This document shows positions 50,319 to 59,854 of a stretch of 64,000 nucleotides of DNA, one piece after another. The notes beneath the pieces were generated by a model. That model was given only the letters and a program-made list of their open reading frames with translations, was not told where the DNA came from and ran no database searches. The first letter of the stretch is position 1; every line of letters begins with the position of its first letter. This DNA is from an uncultured Acidobacteriota bacterium (lineage in GTDB: Bacteria; Acidobacteriota; JAQAZP01). The stretch covers positions 2,720,001-2,784,000 of the forward strand of contig CAWIIB010000009.1 of assembly GCA_963836075.1 (NCBI GenBank), read 5' to 3'. A program made the translations under genes and the position numbers.

Positions 50319-50912
50319 ATGTGCAGAAAACCATCAACGCCGCTATGGCTTGTGCTGCCTGCCGTCATTTCCTGCTGCCTCCTCATTGCCGCCGGCTGTG
50401 CCGGCCACCGCATTGTCCCCCCCCCTGATCCTCCTGCCCCGCCCGCTGGACAATCTTCTTTCGACTTCCTGCGCGACGGTGCCTCCATCGATACCGAGCC
50501 GCCCGAGGATCAGGACCTGCGAGCGCCGATCATAAAAGAGGAACTGGCCCGGCCGGTGTACCCAACCCAGGCGCTCTCTGCCGGGGCCGCTCCCTCCGTC
50601 GTGGCGGTGCGCATCCTGGTGAACAGGGAGGGCCGGGTAGCCGAGGTGGCTGACAGCCCGCGCCTGGCTTCCACCCCCGGACCGTTTGCCGCCGATTTCC
50701 GCCGGGCGGTGGAGGACGTGCTGGCCGAGTGGCGCTTCGTGCCCGCCGTCTGGCGGCGCTACGAGCCGGGGGAGGACCTGGACGGCGACGGGGTGGCCGA
50801 CTACCGCCGGGTGGTGGAAACGCGGGCGGTGAACTTCTACCTCGATGTCCGCTTCGACTTCGAGATCGTCGACGGCCGGGGCCGGGTCCGCTCGGATCAG
50901 ACAACTTCCTGA
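50319..50912 (+). CDS. Lipoprotein with TonB C-terminal-like domain
   Basis: Lipobox LIAAGC, Pro-rich stretch, PVYPTQA...VAVRILVNREGRV...AV....WRFVPA. Confidence 0.65.
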   Translation: MCRKPSTPLWLVLPAVISCCLLIAAGCAGHRIVPPPDPPAPPAGQSSFDFLRDGASIDTEPPEDQDLRAPIIKEELARPVYPTQALSAGAAPSVVAVRILVNREGRVAEVADSPRLASTPGPFAADFRRAVEDVLAEWRFVPAVWRRYEPGEDLDGDGVADYRRVVETRAVNFYLDVRFDFEIVDGRGRVRSDQTTS

Positions 50913-50916
50913 ACTG

Positions 50917-51017
50917 AAACAGGGGACGGTTCCCTCACAAGAGGTGACAGCCACCTGTTTTTACCCGTATTCTGTCGACATAGTGAGTCACAATTTATGG
51001 GTGACAGTCACCTATTT
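50917..51017. repeat. Cluster of short REP-like palindromes
   Basis: AGGGGACGGTTCCCT, AGGTGACAGCCACCTGTTT and GGGTGACAGTCACCTATTT within 100 bp. Confidence 0.7.
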
Positions 51018-51060
51018 ATTGTTGTTTCCTGCGGTATGCTTTAAAAGCAGGAGGTGGAAT

Positions 51061-52524
51061 GTGAAACAGTCAGCAGATTGCCGATGGCTGGGACAGGTTC
51101 TTTTGGTTTGCGTCTTTCTGCTGGTTGTCGCCCAGCTCTTTGCCGCCGATCCCCCCAGCACACCGTCGTTGCCCCGGGGCGAACTGGTCCCTTCGGTGAC
51201 CTGCCTCAAGGACCCGGAGTTCAGCTACGCCCTCTACCTGCCGTCGTCCTACACCCCGGAAAATGAGTGGCCATTGATCCTGGCTTTCTCACCCGGCGCC
51301 AATGGGGCCACGCCGGTGCGCCTGCTGATGGATGCCGCCGAAGAGTACGGCTACATCGTCATCGGCTCCAACGACTCGAAGAACGGCCCCTGGGAGCCGA
51401 TCCACGCCGCCCAGCGGGCCCTGCGCCGCGAGGCGAGGAGCCGCTTCTCCATCGACCCCCGCCGCAGTTACGCCACCGGCTTCTCCGGCGGTTCCCGGGC
51501 CGCCCTCAGCCTGGCTCTCAAGCACCCCCGCGACTTTGCCGGAGTGATCTCCGTAGGCGCGGTGTTCACCTATGCCGAGCCGCTGCCCGGCCGGAGCAAG
51601 CTGGCGGTCTACGGCCTGGTGGGCGACGCCGATATCGCGTACCCCGAGCATCTGCGGGCCGAGCGGGAGCTGCCGGAACACGGGTTCACCTGCTGGCAGG
51701 AGGTCTTTCCCGGCCGGCACCAGTGGCCCCCGCCGGCGAAGTACCGCGAAGCGGTGGAGTTCATGGAGATCGCGGCCATGCGGCGCAAGCTGATTCCCCT
51801 GGACGAGGCCTTTGTCCGCGGGGTCGCCGCAGGTCGTCTGGACGGGGCTCGCGCGCTGGAAAAGGGTGGGCAGCCCCTGCTGGCCCTGCGCACCTTCCGC
51901 CAGACCGCCGAGGCCTTTGACGGCCTGCACGAGGCCACCCTGGCCGCCAGGGAAGCGGATCGTCTGGCCGCCCTGCCGCAGACAAAACAGCTGCTCGAGC
52001 TGGAGGAGCAGCTGGTCTTCGACATTCAGGCGCTCAATTCCTGGCGGGACCGCGTGGCCTATCCCGAGGCGGTGGAACGGCTGCAGAAGCTGAGCAGGGA
52101 AGGGGGCCCCAACGCCGAACGTGCCGACATCGCGCTGTTCCACTCTTCGATCTACCTCATCGAGATGGGGATGCAGCACCACGGTGCGGGAAAGCCGGAG
52201 AGCGCCCTGGCCTTTTTCCGCACCGCCACCTGGGTCTACCCCGACAACGTCACCGGCTTTTACAATGCGGCCTGCGCCGCGGCGCTCACCGGGAAGCAGG
52301 ACGAGGCGCTGGAACATCTCACCGAGGCCGCTGCCCGCAGGTTCAACAACCCCGACCTGCTGGCCAGCGACACCGATCTGGAGAGCCTGCGCGAGCTCCC
52401 CGCCTTTGCCGAGATCGAGAAGACCGTGGTGCGCAACGCCGAGCAGGGAATCAAGCCATTGTCCTACTGGGTGCCGATGGAGGAGTTGCTCGGTGAGCCG
52501 GCGCTGAGGACATCAGCCGACTGA
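51061..52524 (+). CDS. Secreted alpha/beta-hydrolase (esterase-like) with C-terminal TPR
   Basis: GGAGG RBS with GTG; SYALYLPSSY, nucleophile elbow GFSGG, GRHQWP; TPR YNAACAAAL..D.DLESLR. Confidence 0.8.
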   Translation: MKQSADCRWLGQVLLVCVFLLVVAQLFAADPPSTPSLPRGELVPSVTCLKDPEFSYALYLPSSYTPENEWPLILAFSPGANGATPVRLLMDAAEEYGYIVIGSNDSKNGPWEPIHAAQRALRREARSRFSIDPRRSYATGFSGGSRAALSLALKHPRDFAGVISVGAVFTYAEPLPGRSKLAVYGLVGDADIAYPEHLRAERELPEHGFTCWQEVFPGRHQWPPPAKYREAVEFMEIAAMRRKLIPLDEAFVRGVAAGRLDGARALEKGGQPLLALRTFRQTAEAFDGLHEATLAAREADRLAALPQTKQLLELEEQLVFDIQALNSWRDRVAYPEAVERLQKLSREGGPNAERADIALFHSSIYLIEMGMQHHGAGKPESALAFFRTATWVYPDNVTGFYNAACAAALTGKQDEALEHLTEAAARRFNNPDLLASDTDLESLRELPAFAEIEKTVVRNAEQGIKPLSYWVPMEELLGEPALRTSAD

Positions 52525-54317
52525 TTATCGTCGTTCAGCTCCCGGTCCAGGTTCTCCCTGCACTCATCCAGCCGTTCCACGAGATCCAGCACATCAGGGT
52601 GGGATGGTCCGAGAGCCTGCTCGAGAATCGTCAGCGCCCTCTCGAACAGCGGTTCCGCACTGGCCAAATCCCCTTGAGCGGATCGCAGTGCGGCAAGCTC
52701 TTTCAGCGAATATCCGTACCAGGGATGTTGGGGGCCGAGGGTTTTCTCCCGTATATCAAGTGCGCGCTGGTACAGAGGTTCGGCATCGGCAAACCTGCCC
52801 TGCTCCCGGTAGTGGTTCGCCTGGAAGATCAGACTCGTCGCCACCAACGGATGTTCGGGGCCCCGGGCTTTCTCTCTGATGGCCAGGGCGCGCAGATGCA
52901 GCGGTTCGGCATCGGTATACCTTCCCTGCTGGTCATAGAGCTTGGCCAGGTTGCACAGGCTGGTGGCCACATCAGGATGTTCGGGGCCCCGGGCTCTCTC
53001 TCTGATGGCCAGCGCGCGGAGATGCAGCGGCTCGGCATCGGCATACCTTTCCTGGTGGTAATAGACCATGGCCAGGTTGTTCAGGTTCGTCGCCACTCCT
53101 AAATGCTCAGGGCCTGATGCCTCCTCATTGATCGCCAGCGCTCGCTTATAGAGCCGTTCCGCCTCGGCATAGCGGCCCAGATCGTCATGGATCCTCGCCA
53201 GGTTGTTCAAGCTTGAAGCCACTTTGAGATGCTCGGGGCCCAGTGCCTCCTCATTGATCGCCAGAGCTCGTTCATACAGCGGCTGCGCCTCGGCATAGCG
53301 GCCCTGATTTTGATAGAGCACCGCCAGTCTGTTCCTGCTTGTGGCCACATCAGGATGTTCGGGGCCCCGGGCTTTCTCTCTGATGGCCAGCGCGCGTAGA
53401 TAGAACGGCTCGGCCTCGGCATACCGGGCTTGTTCGACGTATAGCGCTGCCAGGTTGTTCAGACTTTTGGCCACATCAAGGTGTTCGGGTCCCAGGGCTT
53501 TCTCTCTGATGGCCAGCGCGCGTGAGTAGAGCGGTTCGGCCTCGGCATAGCGGCCCAGTTTTCTGTAAAGAGCCGCCAGGCTGCTCAGGTTTGTCACCAC
53601 ATGAGGATGCCCGGGCTCCAGGGATGTTTCATAGATCTCCTGTGCTCGTATATACAGCGGTTCGGCCTCGGTGTGGCGATCCAGTTTTTTATAAACACTT
53701 GCCAGGTGGTTCAGGCTGTTGCCCAGTTCCAGATGCTCGGGTTCCAGGGCTTTTTCCCTGATGGCCAGAGCCCGCTCATAGAGCGGTTCGGCATCGGCAT
53801 ACCTGGTCATTTTGTAGTAGAGCGCCCCCAGGTTGACCAGAACCGTGGCCACGTGCGGATGCTCGGGTCCGTGAGCTTTCTCATAGATTTCCAGCGCACG
53901 TTTGTACAGTGGTTCGGCCCCGGCAAGGTCGTCCACGGCCACCAGGGCCAGGGCCAGCTCATTGAGGCTGGTGGCCACATAGGGGTGCTCAGGGCCGTGA
54001 GCTTTCCTGGTGATCTTCATCGACCGTTCAAGCAGCGGCACCGCCAGGGCATGCTCATCCTGGGCGCTGTGATGCTGAGCCAGTTGAATGAGACTGGCGG
54101 CCACGGCGAGATGCTCGGTTCCGAAACTCACATTGGCGATCCGGAGCGCCTTGCGGGTGGTCTCCTCCGCCTGCTCGTACTGGCCCTGTTCATGGAGAGC
54201 GGAAGCCTCTTTCATGAGGCGAGCCCACTTCTCATCCACCCTCTCCGTAATCCTGCACGACGCGGAACCGATGGCGAGGAGTGCGAACAGCCCAAGTGCC
54301 AGTGTATTTTTTCTCAT
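52464..54317 (-). CDS. Kinesin-light-chain-type TPR repeat protein (42-aa repeats), possible lipoprotein
   Basis: About 12 repeats of AEPLY.RALAI.EKA.GPEHP.VATSLNNLA.LY..QGRY; N-terminal MRKNTLALGLFALLAIGSASC. Confidence 0.9.
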   Translation of the reverse strand: MRKNTLALGLFALLAIGSASCRITERVDEKWARLMKEASALHEQGQYEQAEETTRKALRIANVSFGTEHLAVAASLIQLAQHHSAQDEHALAVPLLERSMKITRKAHGPEHPYVATSLNELALALVAVDDLAGAEPLYKRALEIYEKAHGPEHPHVATVLVNLGALYYKMTRYADAEPLYERALAIREKALEPEHLELGNSLNHLASVYKKLDRHTEAEPLYIRAQEIYETSLEPGHPHVVTNLSSLAALYRKLGRYAEAEPLYSRALAIREKALGPEHLDVAKSLNNLAALYVEQARYAEAEPFYLRALAIREKARGPEHPDVATSRNRLAVLYQNQGRYAEAQPLYERALAINEEALGPEHLKVASSLNNLARIHDDLGRYAEAERLYKRALAINEEASGPEHLGVATNLNNLAMVYYHQERYADAEPLHLRALAIRERARGPEHPDVATSLCNLAKLYDQQGRYTDAEPLHLRALAIREKARGPEHPLVATSLIFQANHYREQGRFADAEPLYQRALDIREKTLGPQHPWYGYSLKELAALRSAQGDLASAEPLFERALTILEQALGPSHPDVLDLVERLDECRENLDRELNDDNQSADVLSAGSPSNSSIGTQ

Positions 54318-54348
54318 CAGCAGACGCACCAGGGCCTGGCCCGCCCGT

Positions 54349-54654
54349 CTAGGGGGATTCGGCCGGTTCCGCACCCGCTTCGCCCTGACCGGCGGCGGGC
54401 TCCTCCACCGTCTCCAGTGCCGGCGGACCAGCGGCTTCCACCTGCCCCTGGTTGCCGATCTTCAGTTTCCGCGGTTCGGTGACCCGGGACTGGGCCCAGA
54501 GAAAGAGGAGGATCAGCGCCGCCGCGGCGGCCATGACGATGAAGGGGAGATACTTGCGCAGGGCAATGCTGAAGGCGTGTTTCTTCACCGGGATGCCGGT
54601 TTTGCGCCGGCCCGTCTTCTTGCGCAGGTTTTTCTTTTTCTTGCGGATGGCCAT
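54349..54654 (-). CDS. Small hypothetical protein: Lys/Arg-rich N-terminus plus one TM
   Basis: AGGAG RBS; MAIRKKKKNLRKKTGRRK then a hydrophobic helix. Confidence 0.6.
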   Translation of the reverse strand: MAIRKKKKNLRKKTGRRKTGIPVKKHAFSIALRKYLPFIVMAAAAALILLFLWAQSRVTEPRKLKIGNQGQVEAAGPPALETVEEPAAGQGEAGAEPAESP

Positions 54655-54719
54655 GGTGGTTTGCGCTCCTGATCGCGGAGTGTATCAGATTTTCCGCAGC
54701 CGGGTGAAGCCCCTGTCCC

Positions 54720-56183
54720 TCACGCGCCCAGGCCGGTGGGCCGTTTGGGCCGCGGTGTGTCGCCGGGGGTGGGGTCGGCGCCGCGGAAGAGGTTCACCGC
54801 CAACGAGAGGAGACAGACTGCCAGCCCGGCCAGCAGCGACAGCCGCCAGGCGTGGGCAAAGGCGCCGGCCTGCAGAGCGGGGTCGAACTGCTCCAGCGGA
54901 ACCCCGCCGGTGAAGCGGTTGTAGGACAGCTCGAAGATCGCCCCGCCCACCGCCACGCCGAAGACCATGCCCAGGGTTCGCCCGGTGGCGTGGAGGCCGG
55001 AAGCCACGCCGGTGAAGCGTCCCGGCACGGTGCCCAGCAATACAGTGGTATTGGGCGGCATGAAGATCCCGTTGCCCAGCCCGAGGCAGAACATCAACAG
55101 GCCGAAAACGGGGAGCGACGGATCAACGCCCTGACGGGAGAGCCCGTAGAGCGTGGCCACGTTGATCAGCAGCCCGGTGGTGGTGAGCCAGCGCGAGCCA
55201 TAGCGGTCGTGCAGCCATCCCGAGATGGGGGCGGTGATCAGCGAGCCCAGCGGCCCGAGGATGAAAAAGAGGCCCACGGTGTGGATCGGCAGCCCGGCGA
55301 GGATCGAGAGGTAGAAGGGGCCGAGATAGATGAAGATGAAGGTGTAGATGAAGAGCAGGGTGCCGCCGAAGAGCGGGATGCTGAACGACCGCGTGTTGAA
55401 CAGGCTCAGCGGCAGCAGCGGGTGGGTGGTGCGGTATTCGTGAAGGATGAACCAGGCGATCAGGCCCGCGCCGGCCAGCAGCAGCACGCCGGTGGGCCAA
55501 AGGCTGAAGCCCCAGACCGGGATGCGGTTGAGCGAGAGGCTGATTCCGGTGAGGCCGGCGATCCAGAGCAGGTTGCCCCACAGGTCGCCCCGTTCGCGGG
55601 CGCCGCCGGCCGGCTCTGCCGGGTGGTCGGTGTCCAGTCGCCTGGTGAGCATCCAGCCGGCCAGCCCGATGGGGAGGTTGATCAGGAAGATCCAGCGCCA
55701 GGAGAGGACCTCGGTGAGGAAGCCGCCCAGCACCGGGCCCGAGGTGAGCCCGAGATTCACCACCACGCCCATGGCCCCGATGGCCCGGCCGCGCTTTTCC
55801 GGGGGAAAGATGTGGATCAGAAAGGCCGGGCCCACGGCCATGATCAGGCTGGCCCCGATGGCCTGGATCACCCGGGCGCCCACCAGCAGGCCGATGGTGG
55901 GCGCGAGGCCGCAGAGCAGCGAGGCGAGGGTGAAGATCACCAGTCCCTCGCGGTAGACCCGGGCCCGGCCCTTGTGGTCGCCGCGGCGGCCGAAGCCCAG
56001 CAGGGTCACCGAGATGGTGAGCAGGTAGGACAGCGGGATCCAGCCCACCAGGTTCAGCGGGGCGTGGAAGTCCTCGCGGATCACCGGCAGGGCCACGTTG
56101 ACGATGGACGAGTCGAGGGTGGACATGAAGACGCCCAGAGCCACGATGCTGAATCCGGCCCAGGGGGAGAGGGGCGTGGTCAT
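54720..56183 (-). CDS. MFS transporter, DHA2 (14-TM) drug efflux family
   Basis: LGVFMSTLDSSIVNVALP, FGRRGD..GR, GPVLGGFL...SWRWIFLINLPIG; start ATG 56183. Confidence 0.92.
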   Translation of the reverse strand: MTTPLSPWAGFSIVALGVFMSTLDSSIVNVALPVIREDFHAPLNLVGWIPLSYLLTISVTLLGFGRRGDHKGRARVYREGLVIFTLASLLCGLAPTIGLLVGARVIQAIGASLIMAVGPAFLIHIFPPEKRGRAIGAMGVVVNLGLTSGPVLGGFLTEVLSWRWIFLINLPIGLAGWMLTRRLDTDHPAEPAGGARERGDLWGNLLWIAGLTGISLSLNRIPVWGFSLWPTGVLLLAGAGLIAWFILHEYRTTHPLLPLSLFNTRSFSIPLFGGTLLFIYTFIFIYLGPFYLSILAGLPIHTVGLFFILGPLGSLITAPISGWLHDRYGSRWLTTTGLLINVATLYGLSRQGVDPSLPVFGLLMFCLGLGNGIFMPPNTTVLLGTVPGRFTGVASGLHATGRTLGMVFGVAVGGAIFELSYNRFTGGVPLEQFDPALQAGAFAHAWRLSLLAGLAVCLLSLAVNLFRGADPTPGDTPRPKRPTGLGA

Positions 56184-56209
56184 GGCCTTGGTTGTTTTCA
56201 CGATCCCTC

Positions 56210-57114
56210 TCAAGAGAAGAAATTCCAGATGTAGCGGAACGACACGATAACGATGACCAGGGTCAGGATCAGCTTGATCGGCCGGGCCGGCAGGTGCTTC
56301 TGAGCCCTGGCACCGCAGTATATGCCCGCCGCTCCGCCCGCTGCCAGCAGCAATCCCAGTTTCCAGTCCGGGGCCACCGCCAGGTGTGCCAGCCCGGGCA
56401 GCCGGCCGGCCAGGGAGTAGAAGAGCACGCCGAAGATGGAGATGATGCAGGTGCTGGTGAGCGCCGGCCCGGCCACGGCGTGCACCGGCAGGCGGAAGAC
56501 GGTGATCAGCACCGGGGCCATGATCGCTCCGCCGCCGATGCCGTAGATGCCGGCCACCAGGCCGGTGACCAGGGAGAGGGCGGCGATGCCCGGTGTGCTG
56601 ACGCTGTATCTCGCCCCGCCGAACTCGAAGCTCAGCCGGGAGAGGGTCAGGGTCCGGCCGGTCACCCTGGTGTCCGGCGGCACCCCGGCGGGCGGCCGGT
56701 GACGGTACCGTTCCGTTCAGGCCGCAGCAGGTCGCGAACCATGCGGAAGCCGATGTAGAGCAGCACGCAGCCCACAAAGAATTTGAAATGCCGCGGGTCG
56801 GGCAGGTAGCGGACCCGCAGCACCACCCCGGCCAGCAGGCCGGGCAACGACCCGGCGATGATGAGCCACGCCAGGGGCCAGCACATCCGCCCCTCCCTGG
56901 CGAAGCGGTAGATCCCGGGGGGGATGGCCCCGATGTTGAACACCATGTTGGTGGCGGTCACCGCGGGGCTGGCAAAGCCGAGGACGCTCACCTGGTAGGG
57001 CAGCAGCAGAAAGGCGCCGGAGACACCCCCCATGGAGGTGAAGAAGGAGATGACGAACGCCACCAGCGGCGGCAGCAGCGGATTGACTTCGATCTGGGCC
57101 ACTTCAAAAAACAT
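56210..57114 (-). CDS. TauE/SafE (TSUP) sulfite exporter family permease; frameshift at about 56685
   Basis: Halves SFFTSMGGVSGAFLLLP and GIYGIGGGAIMAP lie in two overlapping ORFs, joined by adding one base in the C4 run at 56683-56686. Confidence 0.85.
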
Positions 57115-57121
57115 GCTGGAG

Positions 57122-57150
57122 ATGCTAGCGGATGGCCGGGACGGGGTCAA
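57122..57150 (-). promoter_or_regulatory. Putative sigma70 promoter giving a leaderless TauE mRNA
   Basis: Minus strand TTGACC-17 bp-TAGCAT, then 7 nt to ATG 57114, no SD. Confidence 0.55.
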
Positions 57151-57266
57151 TCTTCCCGGTGGATGTTGTATATATTACTGTGGACTGCGGCGTCCGGTGA
57201 GAGCGCCGCGGAAATGACCGCTGCACAAGCGGCCGGCCCCGCCGCCGGCCGATGGGGAGGGATACC

Positions 57267-59144
57267 ATGTTCGTCTCTTCGGGTAAGGGCATGTCCGTCA
57301 CGGCCGCGCTCCTGGTCCTCTGTTGTCTGTTCTCCGTCGCCCCGTCGGCTGCCGGCGACCCCGGTGACACCGGCAAGGCCAGCGGCGCTGACTGTTGCCG
57401 GGCGGCTCGCCAGGGACAGCAGCGCACCGCGCGGATCAGCAGCAGCAACGCGTCCAACAATATCGACGTCACCTCCTACACACTCACCATGAACATCGAC
57501 TTCGCTGCCGAGCGGATCACCGCCCGCTGCGACGTGGGGATCCGTTCCACGGTCGACGGGCTCACCTCCTTCGCCCTCGACTTCGTCGGGCTCACCGCCA
57601 CTGAAGTCCTGGAGGACTTCCAGCATCAGGTGGGCTTCACCACCGGCGGCGGCGTGATCGAGATCAGCCCGGCCAGCCCGTTGGCGGCCGGCCTGGAGCG
57701 GCTCTACTCGATCTTCTACAACGGTTCTCCCCAGCGGGGGATGTACTTCCGCAGCACCAACGACGGCATCTGCTACACCTTCACCGAGCCGGAGGATTCC
57801 CGCTACTGGTTCCCCTGCCGCGACCTGCCAGCGGACAAGGCCAACTGGTACCGGGCCCACATCACGGTTCCCTCCGCTTACCTTGTGGCGAGCAACGGCA
57901 CCCTGGAGCGCATGAACGGAAACGGTGACGGCACCGCCACCCACCACTTCCACATGGCCCAACCGGTCTCCACCTATCTCATCTCCCTGGCCGTCTCAAA
58001 CTTTGACCGGATCAACCAGACCGCGTCCGGAGGGCTGCCGATCACCCACTATGTCTACCCCAGCCACTACAACCTGGCGCTCTTCGACTGGGCCAACCTC
58101 CCGGCAATGATCGATTTCTACTCCGACGTCTACATCGACTATCCCTTTGACTCCTACGGCATGGCCATGGCGCCCTTGGGCGGGGCCATGGAGCATCAGA
58201 CCATGACCACTTTCGGGCAGGCGTGGGTCAACGGCAACCGCCGATTCGAGCCGGTGGTGGCCCACGAACTGGCCCACCAGTGGTGGGGGGACATGGTCAC
58301 CTGCCGCAACTGGGCCGAGATCTGGCTCAACGAGGGCTTTGCCACCTATTTCGACGCGCTGTTCACCGAGCACTTCTACGGCCCGGAAGCATTCCAGGAG
58401 CAGATGGCCGCCAACCGCCAGTCGTATTTCAACGGTGAGGGGGGAGGGGAGGGCCGCTTCCCGATCTACGACCCCGAATACATGTGGGGCGTGACGGTCT
58501 ACGAGAAAGGAGCCTGGATCCTGCACATGCTGCGCCAGGTGCTGGGCAGTTCCACCTGGCAGGAGGGCGTGCGGCTTTACGCCGAACGCCACCTCTACGG
58601 CACCGCCACCACCCAGAACCTCATCGCCGCCTTCCAGGACGTTTCCGGCACCAACCTGGGCTGGTTCTTCGACCAGTGGGTCTACCAGGCCGGCTATCCG
58701 GAGTTCCGCTATACCCACGGCGGCTACCCCGCGGCGGAGGGCGGCTACACCATGACCCTCGCCCTGCGGCAGGTTCAGCAGAACGCCCCGCTGTTCCGCA
58801 TGCCGCTGGACGTGGGCGTGACCACGGCGGCAGAGACCTCGATCCACCAGGTGGAGGTGAGCGGCGAATACTCATCCTTCCAGATCGACCTGGACGGCCC
58901 GCCGGCCGAAGTGGTCATCGACCCGCAGGTCTGGGCTCTGGCCGGCTGGACCTACGTGGACCTGGCCGGCGACGTGGACGGTTCGGGCCGGGTGGACGGC
59001 ATGGACAACTCCCGCATGGCCTGGTCATTTGGTTCGGGGACGGGAGGCGAACGCTGGTTCGCACCAGCAGACCTCAATGGGGACGGTGTGATCGACGGCC
59101 AGGACCTGGCCCTGCTGGCCTCCAATTTTGGCAATTCCCTCTGA
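57267..59144 (+). CDS. Secreted M1 family aminopeptidase with C-terminal dockerin-like domain
   Basis: GAMEH, HELAHQWWG-WLNEGFA, YEKGA; C-terminal GDVDGSGRVDGMD and ADLNGDGVIDGQDL. Confidence 0.92.
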   Translation: MFVSSGKGMSVTAALLVLCCLFSVAPSAAGDPGDTGKASGADCCRAARQGQQRTARISSSNASNNIDVTSYTLTMNIDFAAERITARCDVGIRSTVDGLTSFALDFVGLTATEVLEDFQHQVGFTTGGGVIEISPASPLAAGLERLYSIFYNGSPQRGMYFRSTNDGICYTFTEPEDSRYWFPCRDLPADKANWYRAHITVPSAYLVASNGTLERMNGNGDGTATHHFHMAQPVSTYLISLAVSNFDRINQTASGGLPITHYVYPSHYNLALFDWANLPAMIDFYSDVYIDYPFDSYGMAMAPLGGAMEHQTMTTFGQAWVNGNRRFEPVVAHELAHQWWGDMVTCRNWAEIWLNEGFATYFDALFTEHFYGPEAFQEQMAANRQSYFNGEGGGEGRFPIYDPEYMWGVTVYEKGAWILHMLRQVLGSSTWQEGVRLYAERHLYGTATTQNLIAAFQDVSGTNLGWFFDQWVYQAGYPEFRYTHGGYPAAEGGYTMTLALRQVQQNAPLFRMPLDVGVTTAAETSIHQVEVSGEYSSFQIDLDGPPAEVVIDPQVWALAGWTYVDLAGDVDGSGRVDGMDNSRMAWSFGSGTGGERWFAPADLNGDGVIDGQDLALLASNFGNSL

Positions 59145-59157
59145 GATCAGCCGGACT

Positions 59158-59186
59158 TTGACACGGCCAGTCACGGAAAGTAGAGT
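59158..59186 (+). promoter_or_regulatory. Putative sigma70 promoter
   Basis: TTGACA-17 bp-TAGAGT. Confidence 0.6.
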
Positions 59187-59196
59187 AGTGACGCCC

Positions 59197-59848
59197 ATGA
59201 AACAGAACCTCTATCCGCAGTATGATGCAGTGTATACCGGCCGCCTGCCACTCCAGCGCCGGGTGCATTCCTCCCTCCGGTTCCCGGGCCTTGCCCTCTT
59301 CCTGACCCTGCTGTTCTCCATGGCGGTTCCGGCCCAGGACGGGGTCACTGGCCCAACCCCGGTGACCACCGAGAAAGTCGATTCGGTGAAGGTCCGGCTA
59401 GGCGAATTCGAAATGGAGGTGGGGCTGGTCCTGGTGCGCGGCGACCGCGAGTTCGAGAATTTCGTCCCCCTGGTGGTCCAGGATCTTCAACCGCAGCCAC
59501 GACCTGGTGCGGATCCGCAAGGACGAGTTTCACCTCTTCGGCGAGAACGGCAAGGAACTGCCGATGGCCACGGTGAAGCAGGTGCGCTCGGAGTATAAAC
59601 TGTACCGCCAGGATGCCGACATCCTCACCCGCTCCGGCTTTCTTTCTTCGCTGCCCGGTGACTACCGGCCCACCAATTTCTTCCCCACCCCCGGGAGCGT
59701 GGGGGTCTATGCCGTGACCATCGACTTCCAGCAGACCTTCATCGACTTTCTCTACTTCGTCGGCAGCGGAAACCAGCGCCTGCGCCTTGTTGCCGAGGGG
59801 AACAAGTCGCGACCAACCCTCGAAGTGCAGTTCAAGATAAAGAATTGA
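59197..59848 (+). CDS. Hypothetical exported protein; frameshift at about 59466-59479
   Basis: Removing one C gives ...ENFVPLVVRIFNRSHDLVRIRKDEF..., joining track ORFs 59128..59598 and 59507..59848. A hydrophobic signal segment is present. Confidence 0.6.
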
Positions 59849-59854
59849 AAAGTA

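Noticed and set aside
52700-54100. Regularly spaced DNA repeats that might be a CRISPR array
   Set aside because: The 126-bp period is in frame with 42-aa TPR repeats inside a CDS; there are no unique spacers and no cas genes.
54720-56777. 685-aa MFS ORF with a long N-terminal extension
   Set aside because: The extension is an off-frame reading of the TauE gene; the MFS begins at 56183.
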